A DNA stretch of 59,725 nt, filler included. It is 5 parts of 5 records of this genome, joined end to end, with 100 filler letters (N's around TTAATTAATTAA, not from the genome) between each part and the next. Parts side by side here need not be neighbours in the genome. Positions count along the whole stretch, not along the records: positions 47,241 to 59,725 come from DRR723986_14847; 4 more parts are not named here. One strand, 5' to 3'. How positions within the stretch are numbered: position 1 is the first letter of the stretch; each line of letters opens with the position of its first letter. Positions 48,431-59,425 of the stretch are shown in pieces. Both the position numbers and the translations under genes were made by a program. The notes under the pieces are model-generated. The model was not told the DNA's origin, made no database searches, and saw nothing but the letters and a program-made list of their open reading frames with translations.

Positions 48431-49279
48431 ATGTCATCAACCTTCCCATCGCCTAGGGCTAATAGCCCTGTTGGGCTTGGGTTGGTCGGCTGCGACAAGG
48501 ATCGAAACCAGGATTTAACCTACGCAGAAGATCAATCGTTTCGCGATTTGACCAATCCGGCCCCTGGATTGAACGAATCGCAAGACTTCACGCCCCAGTC
48601 TAAGAAAATTGATCGAGAACAGCCCCACCCCAAGAGTACCAACGGTGCCGCGTCAGCGTCCCCTGAAGTAACAATTGGTCCAAGTCGTCTCGAAACTACT
48701 TCGGTAAATACCAACGCCCCCGATCTCGACGCCAACCATGTCGACGCAGCCAGCTCGCAGAAACCTGCGTGTGAGGAGCCTTTCGTTGCCCCCTTGGTTG
48801 AGGCGAATGGAGCAGACGAGTCGCCGTCGAAGGGACCTCAGGTCTTGCACCGAATCGCTGAAGTTCGCAAGTCGCAGGGGCTGACTGAGCGGACAATTGC
48901 CAAGCGAATGGGCCTGGATATTCGTAGTTACCGCCGAATTGAATGCGCCACCACGGACATCACGATGAGTGAGCTGCTGGCAGCGCAGAAAGCGTTGGAA
49001 GTTCCCCTGGTTGATCTGCTGCATGATACGGAGTCACTTTCGCGGCCCGTCGAGGAACGCGCTCAGATGGTTCGTGTCATGAAGACAGCCGCCGCAATTC
49101 GGGAAGCGCAGCCCACGGGACGAGTCAGCCGGTTGGCAAAGATGCTTTGCGACCAGCTCGTCCGCCTCATGCCTGAGCTGGAAGAGGTGAGTGGCTGGCC
49201 ACAGTTCGGCGCTCGACGTGGACAGTCCGCTGTCGCCAAGGCACTTGCCCAGCCGATCGACACCTCCGAACTTCGCTAA
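48431..49279 (+). CDS. XRE-type HTH protein with low-complexity N-terminus
   Basis: LHRIAEVRKSQGLTERTIAKRMG...RRIE. Start uncertain. Confidence 0.75.
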   Translation: MSSTFPSPRANSPVGLGLVGCDKDRNQDLTYAEDQSFRDLTNPAPGLNESQDFTPQSKKIDREQPHPKSTNGAASASPEVTIGPSRLETTSVNTNAPDLDANHVDAASSQKPACEEPFVAPLVEANGADESPSKGPQVLHRIAEVRKSQGLTERTIAKRMGLDIRSYRRIECATTDITMSELLAAQKALEVPLVDLLHDTESLSRPVEERAQMVRVMKTAAAIREAQPTGRVSRLAKMLCDQLVRLMPELEEVSGWPQFGARRGQSAVAKALAQPIDTSELR

Positions 49280-49492
49280 CGCCAAATTCTTAACAGGGCT
49301 CCTGCCCGTAGTGGACGCGGACGCAAATCCTGCTCTGAATTGGAACGTTGTCATCCAACCTCGAACCGCGCGCCAAATTTCCAACTGCCCGTGAATGGAG
49401 TACCGGGTCACGATGGTGTGGGCAGGCTCGTTTTCTAATATAATGACGAGCCCCGCCATCCTTTGCCACTCGCGTCTCGCGCAGGCTCCCAC

Positions 49493-52183
49493 ATGCCACA
49501 TTCGTTCCCTTCTTCGCCCTGCGGTAGTTCCAGCTCCGCTGGCCAATCAATCGGACTTCGTCGACTAGGTGCGGTCCTCTGGCTCTTAATCGCGAGCACA
49601 GCCACTACGGCCTCCGCCGAAGACGATGCCGTTCTGCTAGCTCTCGAGAGCTGCGCTGATTGCCACAGCAGCCCCGGTGCAGAAGAAAGTTTTGCCATAG
49701 GCCCGCTCATTGAACAATGGTCCAAATCGGAGCTCAATGAGGATAGCATCGACTCCTGGGTAGCAGTGTTTGATCGGGTTAACGCGGGCGAAATGCCACC
49801 CGACGGTGGACTACCTGAAGCGGCTCGGTCCCAATTCACGAGAACGCTCAGTCCGGTGGTCGTGGATTTAGACCGCCGAATTGTGAGTGAGCATGGACGG
49901 TCACGCTGGAGGCGGATGAATCGCGACGAGTATCAAAATGCGGTTCGCAAATTACTCTCTGCGCCCTGGCTGCCGCTCGCCAACATGCTTCCCGTCGACG
50001 GAACGCGGCACGGCTTCAACAAAGTTGGCGAAGCACTCGACGTTTCGCACGTCAACTTATCTCGATACATGAAAGCGGCCGACTTCGCGCTGCGAGAAGT
50101 TATCGCCGATTCGGCAAAACCTCCAAAGACGGTCCAGGAGCGCTATTACGCACGAGAACAAGGTGGGTTCAACCGCCGCGTTCATTACAATCCGTTTAAC
50201 CGAAGTCCAGAAAGAGCCACTTTTCCGTTGATCGACTACACCGCGGACGCGGCCGTCTTGGACGATCCTGATCGCCCCTTTACCGTCGGTGACGATGATC
50301 CAGAATTGCGTGAGCGTGAGTCGTTTGGCGTGGTCGCGAGCAGCTACGAACCGATCGAAATTCGCTTCACCAGCTTTCTAACGCCCAAGAGCGGCCGTTA
50401 CAAACTCCGATTTAGAGGGTACACGTTCTGGGCGGAGGGAGAAGAAAAACGCTGGTGGAGGCCCGACCGTTACAAGACATCAATTGGGCGGAGACCGGAG
50501 CCAGTTGCCATCTACTCGCGACTCCCACCAAGACAATTGCGACGACTGGGGGAATTTGAATTCCAAATCGAACCAAGCGTAAACGAAGTTGACGTCCATT
50601 TACTAAAGGGAGAATCGATCCAGCCGGACGCAGTGCGTCTGTTCAGGTCACGGCCACCCGGCGGATGGCACAATCCATTGGCTGAGCAGGATGGCATGCC
50701 GGGAGTGGCATTTCAATGGATGGAAGTCGAAGGACCAATCCACCAGCAGTGGCCCATGGCTGGGCACAAGCTTTTGTTCGACGACCTTCCCATCGACAAG
50801 CAGCTCGGCGTCACGAGCAACTCGCCCGATGCAGATTCATTGCGACTCCTGCGCCGGTTCCTGAACGTTGCCTTTCGCGGTTCAGATTCAGAGAACATTC
50901 AGCAAGCCGTGGATCGTTGTACTGCAGTTTTTCGCGACGCCGTGTCGAGAGACATGTCTTTCCAAGATGCGATGATTGCTGCCTATACTGCGGCACTGTG
51001 CTCTCCGGAGTTTCTGTGTGTCAAAGAGGCCCCAGGAAAGTTAAGCGTTGCCCAAGCATCCAACCGAGTTGCATTGTTCCTGTCCAACGAGCCGAACTCA
51101 GACGCCGAAGCAGATGAGTCGTCAGTAGACAACTCAGGCCGATCGCCCGCCCAGGCAGCGCGAGAGCTAGCGAGAGAACTCCTCGATTCGCCGAAGCGAG
51201 AACGGTTCGTCATTCAGTTCCTAGACTATTGGCTCAACCTGCGATCGATCACCAACACTTCCCCAGACGAAGTGCTTTACCCTGATTACTATCTAGATGA
51301 TTGGCTCGTCGACTCAGCACTACAGGAAACACGCCTGTTCTTTAATTGCTTAATTGACGAAAACCTACCCATCAGCACCCTTGTCGATGCAGATTTCGTT
51401 CACGTTAACGAGCGGCTCGCGCGACACTATGCGCTTGACGATTATCGTGGGCCTGGTTTTCAAAGGATAAGCGTTCCCGACGACTCGGTGCGTGGCGGCC
51501 TCCTGACTCAAGCGAGCGTATTGAAGGTCACTGCAAACGGATCGACCACTTCTCCGGTGGTTCGAGGTGCATGGGTGAATGAACAGATCCTCGGAGTTCA
51601 CATACCTCCACCGCCTCCTTCTGTTCCCGCTATCGAACCGGACACTCGAGGTGCGACAACGATTCGCGAGCAACTCGACCGACACCGCGCGGATGCTAGT
51701 TGCAATGTCTGCCACCGAATCATTGATCCAGCGGGCTTTGCATTGGAATCATTTGACGTTGCTGGTGGATTCCGTGACCGATATCGAGTCCTCGTGGATC
51801 AGCCTGTTACGAACACGACGGAAACTACCGCTAACGATTCGGCGTCCCAGTCCATGCAAGAATTGATACCAGTTGAAGGATTTGGCAAGAATGGACAGCC
51901 ATTCGCGTTTCACCTGGGGCCCAAAGTCGACTCGGGCGGACGTCTTCCCACTGGAGAAGCATTCGAGGACATCCGACAACTCAAGAAAATACTGGCAGGG
52001 CAAGATCGGCAGTTAGCCCGCAACTTGCTTAGCCAACTCATTACTTATTCAACCGGTGCACTACCACGTTTTAGTGACCGTGAGGAAATGGAACAAATCC
52101 TCGACAGGATTGAGCCAGAGGGATTCCCTGTCCGCACACTTATCCTAGAACTTGTCCAAAGCGAAATTTTTTTGCAGAAGTAG
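49493..52183 (+). CDS. DUF1592-family protein (cytochrome c-like N-domain plus DUF1587/1595/1592/1588/1585)
   Basis: CADCH...GEMPP, RRMNRDEYQN, RGGLLTQAS, TSPVVRG and CNVCH..IDP.GF. Start uncertain. Confidence 0.88.
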   Translation: MPHSFPSSPCGSSSSAGQSIGLRRLGAVLWLLIASTATTASAEDDAVLLALESCADCHSSPGAEESFAIGPLIEQWSKSELNEDSIDSWVAVFDRVNAGEMPPDGGLPEAARSQFTRTLSPVVVDLDRRIVSEHGRSRWRRMNRDEYQNAVRKLLSAPWLPLANMLPVDGTRHGFNKVGEALDVSHVNLSRYMKAADFALREVIADSAKPPKTVQERYYAREQGGFNRRVHYNPFNRSPERATFPLIDYTADAAVLDDPDRPFTVGDDDPELRERESFGVVASSYEPIEIRFTSFLTPKSGRYKLRFRGYTFWAEGEEKRWWRPDRYKTSIGRRPEPVAIYSRLPPRQLRRLGEFEFQIEPSVNEVDVHLLKGESIQPDAVRLFRSRPPGGWHNPLAEQDGMPGVAFQWMEVEGPIHQQWPMAGHKLLFDDLPIDKQLGVTSNSPDADSLRLLRRFLNVAFRGSDSENIQQAVDRCTAVFRDAVSRDMSFQDAMIAAYTAALCSPEFLCVKEAPGKLSVAQASNRVALFLSNEPNSDAEADESSVDNSGRSPAQAARELARELLDSPKRERFVIQFLDYWLNLRSITNTSPDEVLYPDYYLDDWLVDSALQETRLFFNCLIDENLPISTLVDADFVHVNERLARHYALDDYRGPGFQRISVPDDSVRGGLLTQASVLKVTANGSTTSPVVRGAWVNEQILGVHIPPPPPSVPAIEPDTRGATTIREQLDRHRADASCNVCHRIIDPAGFALESFDVAGGFRDRYRVLVDQPVTNTTETTANDSASQSMQELIPVEGFGKNGQPFAFHLGPKVDSGGRLPTGEAFEDIRQLKKILAGQDRQLARNLLSQLITYSTGALPRFSDREEMEQILDRIEPEGFPVRTLILELVQSEIFLQK

Positions 52184-52239
52184 AAAACGGTTGCGTCACG
52201 GCAGTAAATCAGCTCTCAGAAAACAGCGGCAGAAACACT

Positions 52240-53310
52240 TTGCTCACAGATAATCCAGTGATCGGTGCTTGGATCAACGAGGTCAGCCGGCAACCACGAG
52301 ACGCTCCAGAGCCCTCAAGCGACGAAGCTTCCGAACTGCCGCAACACGCTCCACTTCTGTCGGTTTCTCGCGATGCTATGGCTTGCGAGTTCGAAGTGCT
52401 GCTTAACCGAGGTGAGTACAAAGGAGCGGCCGACGTGGCCGTTGAGGCGTTAGATCTGGTACAGCAGTTGGAACGGAAACTAAGTATCTATCGCACCGAC
52501 AGCGAATTGAGCACGATCAATCGCTTCGCCGCTCGTCGCCCGATCCCGATGTCCAGCGAAACGTTTCGACTTCTCGAACTTGGGCAGGCCATATCGAAAC
52601 TGACCGCCGGTGCATTCGACATGACGGCGGGACAACTCTCGGAAGCTTGGGGCTTCAGCCGCCGTCAGGGCACGATGCCAACTGAGTCTGAGATCGCTGA
52701 GTCTCTTGCGAGTGTTGGCTGCGAACATTTGCAGTTGCTTGCTTCAGAGAGGCAGGCTACCTTTGAAAAGAAGAACACGTCGCTCAATCCTGGCGGCATC
52801 GGCAAGGGGTTTGCGCTCGATCGCGCGGCCGAACTGTTGACCGATGCTGGCGTAGAGGCATTCATGATGCACGGCGGCTCTAGCTCCGTGATAGCCGCTG
52901 GCGACCGCGCACACCCTAAGACAGGAGGCGGATGGCTGGTTGCGCTCAAACACCCTTTCCAGCCGCAGCAAGTGCTTGGCACGGTGCGTTTGAAGAACGA
53001 AGCACTTGGAACAAGCGGATCGGGCAAGCAGTTCTTTCACTTCAAGGGGCGGCGATACAGCCACATCATTGACCCTCGAACAGGCTACCCCGCTGAAGGG
53101 CTTTGCAGTGCGACCGTAATCACCAAGAGTGCGGCTGTCTCAGATGCACTTGCTACCGCGCTTTTCGTGCTAGGTAGAGACGAAGCAAGGAACTTTCTCA
53201 CTGAGCACAGCGATGTTACTGCGATCCTCACCTTTCGCCAAAACGATGCCGCACCGATAGAAATCGAAACGCACAACGCCTCGGACGACGTTTGGCAACT
53301 GGCTGAGTAG
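52240..53310 (+). CDS. apbE: FAD:protein FMN transferase (ApbE family)
   Basis: GAFDMT, GGIGKGFALD, TSG, YSHIIDPRTGYP and DALATA. Confidence 0.92.
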   Translation: MLTDNPVIGAWINEVSRQPRDAPEPSSDEASELPQHAPLLSVSRDAMACEFEVLLNRGEYKGAADVAVEALDLVQQLERKLSIYRTDSELSTINRFAARRPIPMSSETFRLLELGQAISKLTAGAFDMTAGQLSEAWGFSRRQGTMPTESEIAESLASVGCEHLQLLASERQATFEKKNTSLNPGGIGKGFALDRAAELLTDAGVEAFMMHGGSSSVIAAGDRAHPKTGGGWLVALKHPFQPQQVLGTVRLKNEALGTSGSGKQFFHFKGRRYSHIIDPRTGYPAEGLCSATVITKSAAVSDALATALFVLGRDEARNFLTEHSDVTAILTFRQNDAAPIEIETHNASDDVWQLAE

Positions 53311-53322
53311 CAACGTCGATCT

Positions 53323-56300
53323 CTAACCGCTTTTTCGAGCGGAGAGAATACGCTGTTGATCAATCGACTGGTGCAATACAGGCGTATCGTAGCCGTCTCC
53401 GTCAAAGTCACCAACAATGACTGTGCCGTCGACAGAGTCTAGCTCGAACACTTGATCCGTGGCATCGAAGGTCCCGTTGTTGTCGCTGTCAACGAGCACT
53501 TTATTGCCGCGAAGTACAGCGAGTTCGTCGAATCCGTCGTTGTCGAAGTCGCCTACCAATGGAAGATCGCCAGCTTCACCAAGTTCGATTTCCATGTCAG
53601 CATCGGTTACCTTGCCATCACCATTGACGTCCAGGATCCATTTCCCGCCACGGTAGACACCGATCGTTGAAATAGAATCACCGTTGAAGTCACCGCTGAT
53701 CGCAATATCTTGGTCGCCACCAAATTTGAAGACGTGGTCAATCACGTCAGCGCGACCTTCAGCCATCTTGCTACGTTTGATCATACGCGGCATATCGGGT
53801 GCTTCATCAGGATGCGGAGGCACATTCTTGTACTTGCCACGGACGCTATTTTCCGGATCTGGCAATCCAGGCTCAGCGGCAATTGCGCGACCGTCACCTC
53901 GCCATCGTCGGCCAAAGATACCGACGTCATCTTTTCCGTCTTCGTCCCAGTCACCAACTACAGGCTGATCACCGGCAGACCCCAGACGCAACCAAATGTC
54001 TTCTTCATCCCAGTTGCCGTTTGCGTTCGCGTCGATAAACCATTCGCCGTCAGCAAACAGGGCAATTTCGTCTTGCCCATCGCCGTTGAAGTCACCGGCC
54101 AGTGGAATCGCACCTGGAATGTCAAACACATGCTCGTAAGGCACTCGGCCTTCGATGTCACTGACGGCTCTGAACATACCGTCGCGCGTCAGCCCGGAGA
54201 CTTCCCAAGTGTCGATGTTCAATCGATCCGCGTTTTGGGCGAGAACGACATTCTCGACTACTTCACCCGCGCGGTTTCCGCGTGGCTTTCCACCATTAAT
54301 GACACTCAAGTGCCATGTTGGAGTCGACGTTCCGCCAACGCCAAGAGCGATTGGTGGCGGCGTGTAGCCGAGGACTGGATTGGTCAGTTGTGGCAAGCCC
54401 TCAAAGAGCGGCGGAGCGACCTCAGGTGTTTCTGGTGGAGGTGGCGGCGGCGGTGGAGGTGGTGGGGGCGGAGTACTCTCAGCCAGCACTTCGCTGAAGT
54501 TATTCTCCATCGACACCTGGCCTGGCTGGAGCGTCAGGGCAAGCACGGCATCCATCAACTGTGTTCGACCAAGCTGAACAATTCCTGACGTAGGATTGAA
54601 CTGCACAAATTGGTCCACTTCATCCTGACTGTTCAGCGACAAACCACCGGTGGTTCCAGGTGTATCGATACTGTCAACATAAGCTTCAGGCTGTATCTGA
54701 GTCAGATGGTAAACCGCGGGACGAATTCCGGTGAAGTGATAAAATCCGTTTTCGTCCGTCACGACTTCGATGGTATTGTCCATATAGATGCCGGGCAACG
54801 CAGACTGCGCGGGATTGGCAATTGCCCCCGTGATCAATCGCAACTGAACCGTTACACCTGCAATTGGCGTATCGTCGCTGGTTCGCAAACCATCTCGCAC
54901 AGAACGACGATCCTCTGGCACTTCACCAGTCGCGGTGCGAATGACATCGCCATCTTGGAATACGTAACCACTAATTTCCGCGGGCGGCAGTTCGCAGAAA
55001 TTGGCTTCGGTAACCACTCCACCTGGAGTAAGCTCAATACTGGAGATCACATCGCGTTGGCTGTCGTCGCCATTTCCGGTTGGTGCCATCTGCCCGCCGT
55101 GGAAGTAGCCATCGGGCTGATGCTCGACGACGGAGTAGTCCCCCGGTGCGAGATCTGCGAATGTGTAGCTACCCGAAGCATCGGTGAGCGTGGTGTCCAC
55201 GATGTTGCCGGAGCCATCGAGCAAGTCAACTCGAACTCCAGCCAGAGTTTCTTCCCCGCCGTCGAAGAAGCAATTCCCGTTGGGGTCAACAAACACCATC
55301 CCCGAAATCGATCCTGGCAAGATCTCGCAGAAGTTGTAGTCAACCAGGTCAACTCCAGGATTCAGGCTGATAGCTGAAATTTGGTCTTGAACCGACGTGT
55401 TACCTCCACCAGAACCAGCCGTTTGGCCACCTTGCAAAAATCCGGTGGGTTGCGTCTCGCGAACAGTGTAGTTTCCTGGGCGGAGGCCCACAAACTCATA
55501 ACGCCCCGACGCGTCTGTTTGAGTCGTCCCAATTGCTTGACCGTTCTCGTCATACAAAGTGACAGTAACTCCAGCGATTGGATCCTCTCCGTCATCGAAG
55601 AAGCAGTCACCGTCTCCATCGCTGAAGACAAAGCCGCTGATCGATCCTGGTGGGACTTCGCAAAAATCGTAGTCGACTAGGTCCACTCCTGGAGCAAGGT
55701 TGATCGTCGAGATCAAGTCGATGATGGAATCGTCACCACCGCCGCTTCCGGCGGACTGCCCGCCTTGGAAGTAGCCAGCCGGTTGAGTCTCTCGAACTGA
55801 GTAGACGTCTGGCAACAAGTCGTCAAAGGTGTAGTTGCCCTGCGCGTCGGTAAACGTCGTTTGGAGAATCTGCCCGGTTGCATCTAGGAGTTCAATGCGT
55901 ACTCCCGCGAGTGGCATTTCACCGGCGACATCAAGAATGCAGTTCCCGTTGACGTCGGTGATGACCCGGCCAGAAATGCTGCCAGTGAGAACTTCACCAA
56001 AGTCATAATCGACGCCTCGTGAGCCGGCGGGGAGCATGATGTCTGCCAGCAAGTCTCCCGTCGAGTCACGGCGACCGCTTCGCTGACCGTTGACGGTTCC
56101 GACGGATGCTTGTCCAGGTAAGTATTCCTGGGGCGTGACCTCTGTAACGCTGTACTTGCCCGGTGCGAGACCGTTGAACGAATACCTGCCCAGCGAGTCC
56201 GTGTTTCGAGTAGCGATCTGGTTCCCAGCCTCATCCAGAAGCGTAATCAGCACACCCTCTAGCGGCAGCTCACCAGGGTCGAAGTTTCCGTTGTCGTTGC

Positions 56301-57909
56301 GGTCATAGAAAGCGTGGCCACTCACCTCTGCGGGCAACAGCTCGCAGAAGTCATAGTTGATCGCTTGCGTGTCGCCGGAAAGGTCAATCGTTGTAATTCG
56401 ACTCGTGCCGTCGACGACTCCGCCTAGTGATCCAGCTCGAGCACTTCCGTCGATCAATCCGGTTGGTGTGACCTGCGTGATCGAGTACTCGCCAGCGCGG
56501 AGCCCGGTGAACTCGTAGTATCCAGCGTCATTTGTTTGAGTTGTTTCAATGAGCGTTCCGTTCTCATCCCGAAGCTCAACGGTAACATTTGCCAGCGGAG
56601 CTTTGGTACTCTCCTGCGAGAAACAGTCGTAGCCGTCGGTCACCACGCAAACGTGCCCGCTGATGCTCGAAGGCAGGTTTTCGGCGAAGTTGAGATCCGT
56701 GGCGTGCGTGTCCCCCAGTGGTATCTCAATGTTTGTGATTACGTCAGGATTGCCAGCGACCAGATCGCCAACTCGGCCACCTTCGCTGTAATTACCTTCG
56801 GTTGCACCGACGCTATAGAAACCCGCCGGCTGAACTTCGCGGACCTGGTAGTTGCCCGGTTGTAATCCGAGCGCGACGCCGAACTCATAGAACCCGTTGG
56901 AGTCGGTCGTGGTCGTGTGTCCGGTTGTCACGTACGATGAGCCGTTGAAGCGGAACAGCTCCAGTTCCACTTCCGCTAGCCTACGGTCGGTTGCGTCCAA
57001 GACCAAGTCTTCGTCGCGGTCCTGGTAGACTGTACCAGAGATGGAGATCGGCTTAGGTGTTTGCTGTAGTTCTACCAAGCCGCCCGCGGTTCGGTCACGC
57101 TTGCCATCGTCATTGTCGCGTGGAAGCGGCAGTTGTGCGGGATCTAGATTGTCGTCGTATCGGTTCCTAAATCGATCCGTACCGCGAACATCCTCGTAGT
57201 GGGGAGCGATAAACTCGGCGTCTAGCAGAGAATTCTGAAACTCAACGCCCGACGTGATAGGATCAAATCCCTCGTTCAGGATGCTCTGGTCGGTTTCGTT
57301 CGGATCAAACGATTGAACTTCATCCACGTCGATGGAGAATACTAGCAAGTCTCCAGCGTAGAAGTTCGTAAAGTCCAGTTTCAGGCGAGTTGATCCATCA
57401 ACCACGGTCGCTGTGACGGAAGCGTTGCCTCGCGTGCTGGTGAGCTGCTCTACTTTGAACGGATAAGCTTCATCGGCTCCAACTCCGGTGTTGACCGTGT
57501 CAAAGAACAAATCGCCGAGCCCGAAACCAGGATCGTTCAGATCGCCGTCGATGATCAGTGTCTTGAGCTGCGTTCCTTCAGCACCACCACTGAACGAGAC
57601 GTAGAAATTGTCTCCGTGCAAGTCACTTCCGAGGTCCTCCTCGATATAGACAGCTCCGATCTGAATCATATCGGCAGCCATGAGCATTCGCGGTTCCATT
57701 TGCTCCAAGACCGCTTTGCGGACAGCCGCACGCCTCAGGTGACGTGATTCTCGGCGCGCAGCACCGCCTGCTTTGAGGCTTACGTTCCCAGCCGATCGTG
57801 ACCGCGCAGCAGCCTCCGCTGTCGCGCAACTTGTGACAGGCGCACCGCACAACGAGGGATTGCCGGACAACCACTGTGTAAGCTTTTGAACTGGGCTGCT
57901 AAGAAACAA
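53323..57909 (-). CDS. Large secreted/surface protein with SdrD B-like repeats, poly-Pro linker and FG-GAP-like C-terminus
   Basis: Planctomycete-type LEQMEPRMLMA motif, seven xISGxVxxD repeats, 13 consecutive Pro and GDFNGDG repeats. Confidence 0.88.
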   Translation of the reverse strand: MFLSSPVQKLTQWLSGNPSLCGAPVTSCATAEAAARSRSAGNVSLKAGGAARRESRHLRRAAVRKAVLEQMEPRMLMAADMIQIGAVYIEEDLGSDLHGDNFYVSFSGGAEGTQLKTLIIDGDLNDPGFGLGDLFFDTVNTGVGADEAYPFKVEQLTSTRGNASVTATVVDGSTRLKLDFTNFYAGDLLVFSIDVDEVQSFDPNETDQSILNEGFDPITSGVEFQNSLLDAEFIAPHYEDVRGTDRFRNRYDDNLDPAQLPLPRDNDDGKRDRTAGGLVELQQTPKPISISGTVYQDRDEDLVLDATDRRLAEVELELFRFNGSSYVTTGHTTTTDSNGFYEFGVALGLQPGNYQVREVQPAGFYSVGATEGNYSEGGRVGDLVAGNPDVITNIEIPLGDTHATDLNFAENLPSSISGHVCVVTDGYDCFSQESTKAPLANVTVELRDENGTLIETTQTNDAGYYEFTGLRAGEYSITQVTPTGLIDGSARAGSLGGVVDGTSRITTIDLSGDTQAINYDFCELLPAEVSGHAFYDRNDNGNFDPGELPLEGVLITLLDEAGNQIATRNTDSLGRYSFNGLAPGKYSVTEVTPQEYLPGQASVGTVNGQRSGRRDSTGDLLADIMLPAGSRGVDYDFGEVLTGSISGRVITDVNGNCILDVAGEMPLAGVRIELLDATGQILQTTFTDAQGNYTFDDLLPDVYSVRETQPAGYFQGGQSAGSGGGDDSIIDLISTINLAPGVDLVDYDFCEVPPGSISGFVFSDGDGDCFFDDGEDPIAGVTVTLYDENGQAIGTTQTDASGRYEFVGLRPGNYTVRETQPTGFLQGGQTAGSGGGNTSVQDQISAISLNPGVDLVDYNFCEILPGSISGMVFVDPNGNCFFDGGEETLAGVRVDLLDGSGNIVDTTLTDASGSYTFADLAPGDYSVVEHQPDGYFHGGQMAPTGNGDDSQRDVISSIELTPGGVVTEANFCELPPAEISGYVFQDGDVIRTATGEVPEDRRSVRDGLRTSDDTPIAGVTVQLRLITGAIANPAQSALPGIYMDNTIEVVTDENGFYHFTGIRPAVYHLTQIQPEAYVDSIDTPGTTGGLSLNSQDEVDQFVQFNPTSGIVQLGRTQLMDAVLALTLQPGQVSMENNFSEVLAESTPPPPPPPPPPPPPETPEVAPPLFEGLPQLTNPVLGYTPPPIALGVGGTSTPTWHLSVINGGKPRGNRAGEVVENVVLAQNADRLNIDTWEVSGLTRDGMFRAVSDIEGRVPYEHVFDIPGAIPLAGDFNGDGQDEIALFADGEWFIDANANGNWDEEDIWLRLGSAGDQPVVGDWDEDGKDDVGIFGRRWRGDGRAIAAEPGLPDPENSVRGKYKNVPPHPDEAPDMPRMIKRSKMAEGRADVIDHVFKFGGDQDIAISGDFNGDSISTIGVYRGGKWILDVNGDGKVTDADMEIELGEAGDLPLVGDFDNDGFDELAVLRGNKVLVDSDNNGTFDATDQVFELDSVDGTVIVGDFDGDGYDTPVLHQSIDQQRILSARKSG

Positions 57910-57979
57910 CTGTCACCTCCATGTGCTGGAACCAATAAGTTCCATGCTCGACCATGCCTTACCTTGGCAACGTCTGTCT

Positions 57980-59425
57980 TTACTTGACTCTAAGCTTCTC
58001 ATCGAACCTAAGCGGAGAGAAACTTACCGGCTGCTGCTTACTCTGGCGAAGCTTACTCAATGCCTCTAGATCCCAAATTCGAACCGTCGTGTCAAAGGAT
58101 CCACTTGCTAGCAAACTCCCAAAGGGGCACAACACAGCGACCGTGCCTTCGTGGGATTGGAGATCCGCAACAACACGATTGGCCTGATAGTCAAACAACT
58201 GAATCGAATTGTCGGCTCCAGCGATGGCGACGATGCTGTCGTTGATCAACGCCATCGACTTCAGTTTGGCGGGCAAGCTCAACGTCTGCGGAAGGGCATC
58301 ACCCGCAGCCAAGTTGTACTGAACCAATCGGCGATCATCGCCAACGCTCGTGATCCGTGTACCATCAGTAGAGAATGCGGCCGTTCGCACCCGCCGACGA
58401 TGGTGCGTGTAGTGTGCGATTTCAGTACCCGTTTCCGGATCCCAGACATGAATCTGTCCATCGCGTCCGGCACACAACAACCGAGAACCATCGGGGCTAA
58501 AGCGCACCGTACGCAAGTCACCGCAGTCGCAGTCGATGACCATTTGATACTGGCCCTTCTCGATGTTCCAAAGCACGATCCGTTCATCGAAGCCGCAAAT
58601 TGCAAGCAATTGCTTTTCGGTACTCAACGACAGCGATCGTATCGCGAAATCGAATTGAGCAACTGCAACGGGTGGTTCGCCTTGATTCCACTGGTAGACG
58701 ATGCCGTCGTCGCCAGCAGAGTACAGTTCCGGAACCCTATCGCCCGGCAAGCCTTCGGTTGCAGCGAACGCCAAAGAGTGGATCCAGTCAACATGAGCTG
58801 CACCGGTGTAAATCACACGTCCCAGCTTGAGGCTATAGATCCGAATCGCATGGTCGTCACCCGCGATTGCGAGATAACTCTCCGAGGGATCGGCTGCCAG
58901 GGCAGTAACAACCGGCGGAGACTCCGCGTCGTCTAGCGGCTCCAGCTCAATGACCTTTGGCTCAAGCCCGCGGACAATGCTGCTATCTTTTCGCAGTTGA
59001 TCGCGGGTTACTAAGCGAACGCGTTGTCCTTCCGCTTCCGCCTTCTGAGTTGTCTGCAAAGGCGTCGTATCGGGAAGCTGCGCAACCTCAGCCACTCCGG
59101 CAATTGGTAACTCAGTCGCCGGCAAGTCTACTGCAGGGGTTGGACTGACAATTGCGGGGCTGATTGGAGACCGTGTCGGCGCAGGATTGACCGGCAACTC
59201 ACTCTGACCACCTAGTATGCGACCAGACGGCGAGTTCGTCGGAAGCGGCGGCAACTCAAGCGGTACTTGAGCCACTGCGTTTGCGCTACCCAGGGCTGCC
59301 ATTGCAACTGCACCGGCAGCCAGCTTGGGCAGTGACCGCCGAAAATTGTTTCGCAGATTTCTTACCGATTCGATTGGCTGCATCGTTCCGTCCGCAGAGT
59401 CGCAATCCGTTATGCACAAGCGCAC
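57980..59425 (-). CDS. WD40-repeat protein with Pro-rich N-terminus
   Basis: Repeats such as FSPDGSRLL..GRDGQIHVWD and LASGSFDTTVRIWD. Start uncertain. Confidence 0.88.
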   Translation of the reverse strand: MRLCITDCDSADGTMQPIESVRNLRNNFRRSLPKLAAGAVAMAALGSANAVAQVPLELPPLPTNSPSGRILGGQSELPVNPAPTRSPISPAIVSPTPAVDLPATELPIAGVAEVAQLPDTTPLQTTQKAEAEGQRVRLVTRDQLRKDSSIVRGLEPKVIELEPLDDAESPPVVTALAADPSESYLAIAGDDHAIRIYSLKLGRVIYTGAAHVDWIHSLAFAATEGLPGDRVPELYSAGDDGIVYQWNQGEPPVAVAQFDFAIRSLSLSTEKQLLAICGFDERIVLWNIEKGQYQMVIDCDCGDLRTVRFSPDGSRLLCAGRDGQIHVWDPETGTEIAHYTHHRRRVRTAAFSTDGTRITSVGDDRRLVQYNLAAGDALPQTLSLPAKLKSMALINDSIVAIAGADNSIQLFDYQANRVVADLQSHEGTVAVLCPFGSLLASGSFDTTVRIWDLEALSKLRQSKQQPVSFSPLRFDEKLRVK

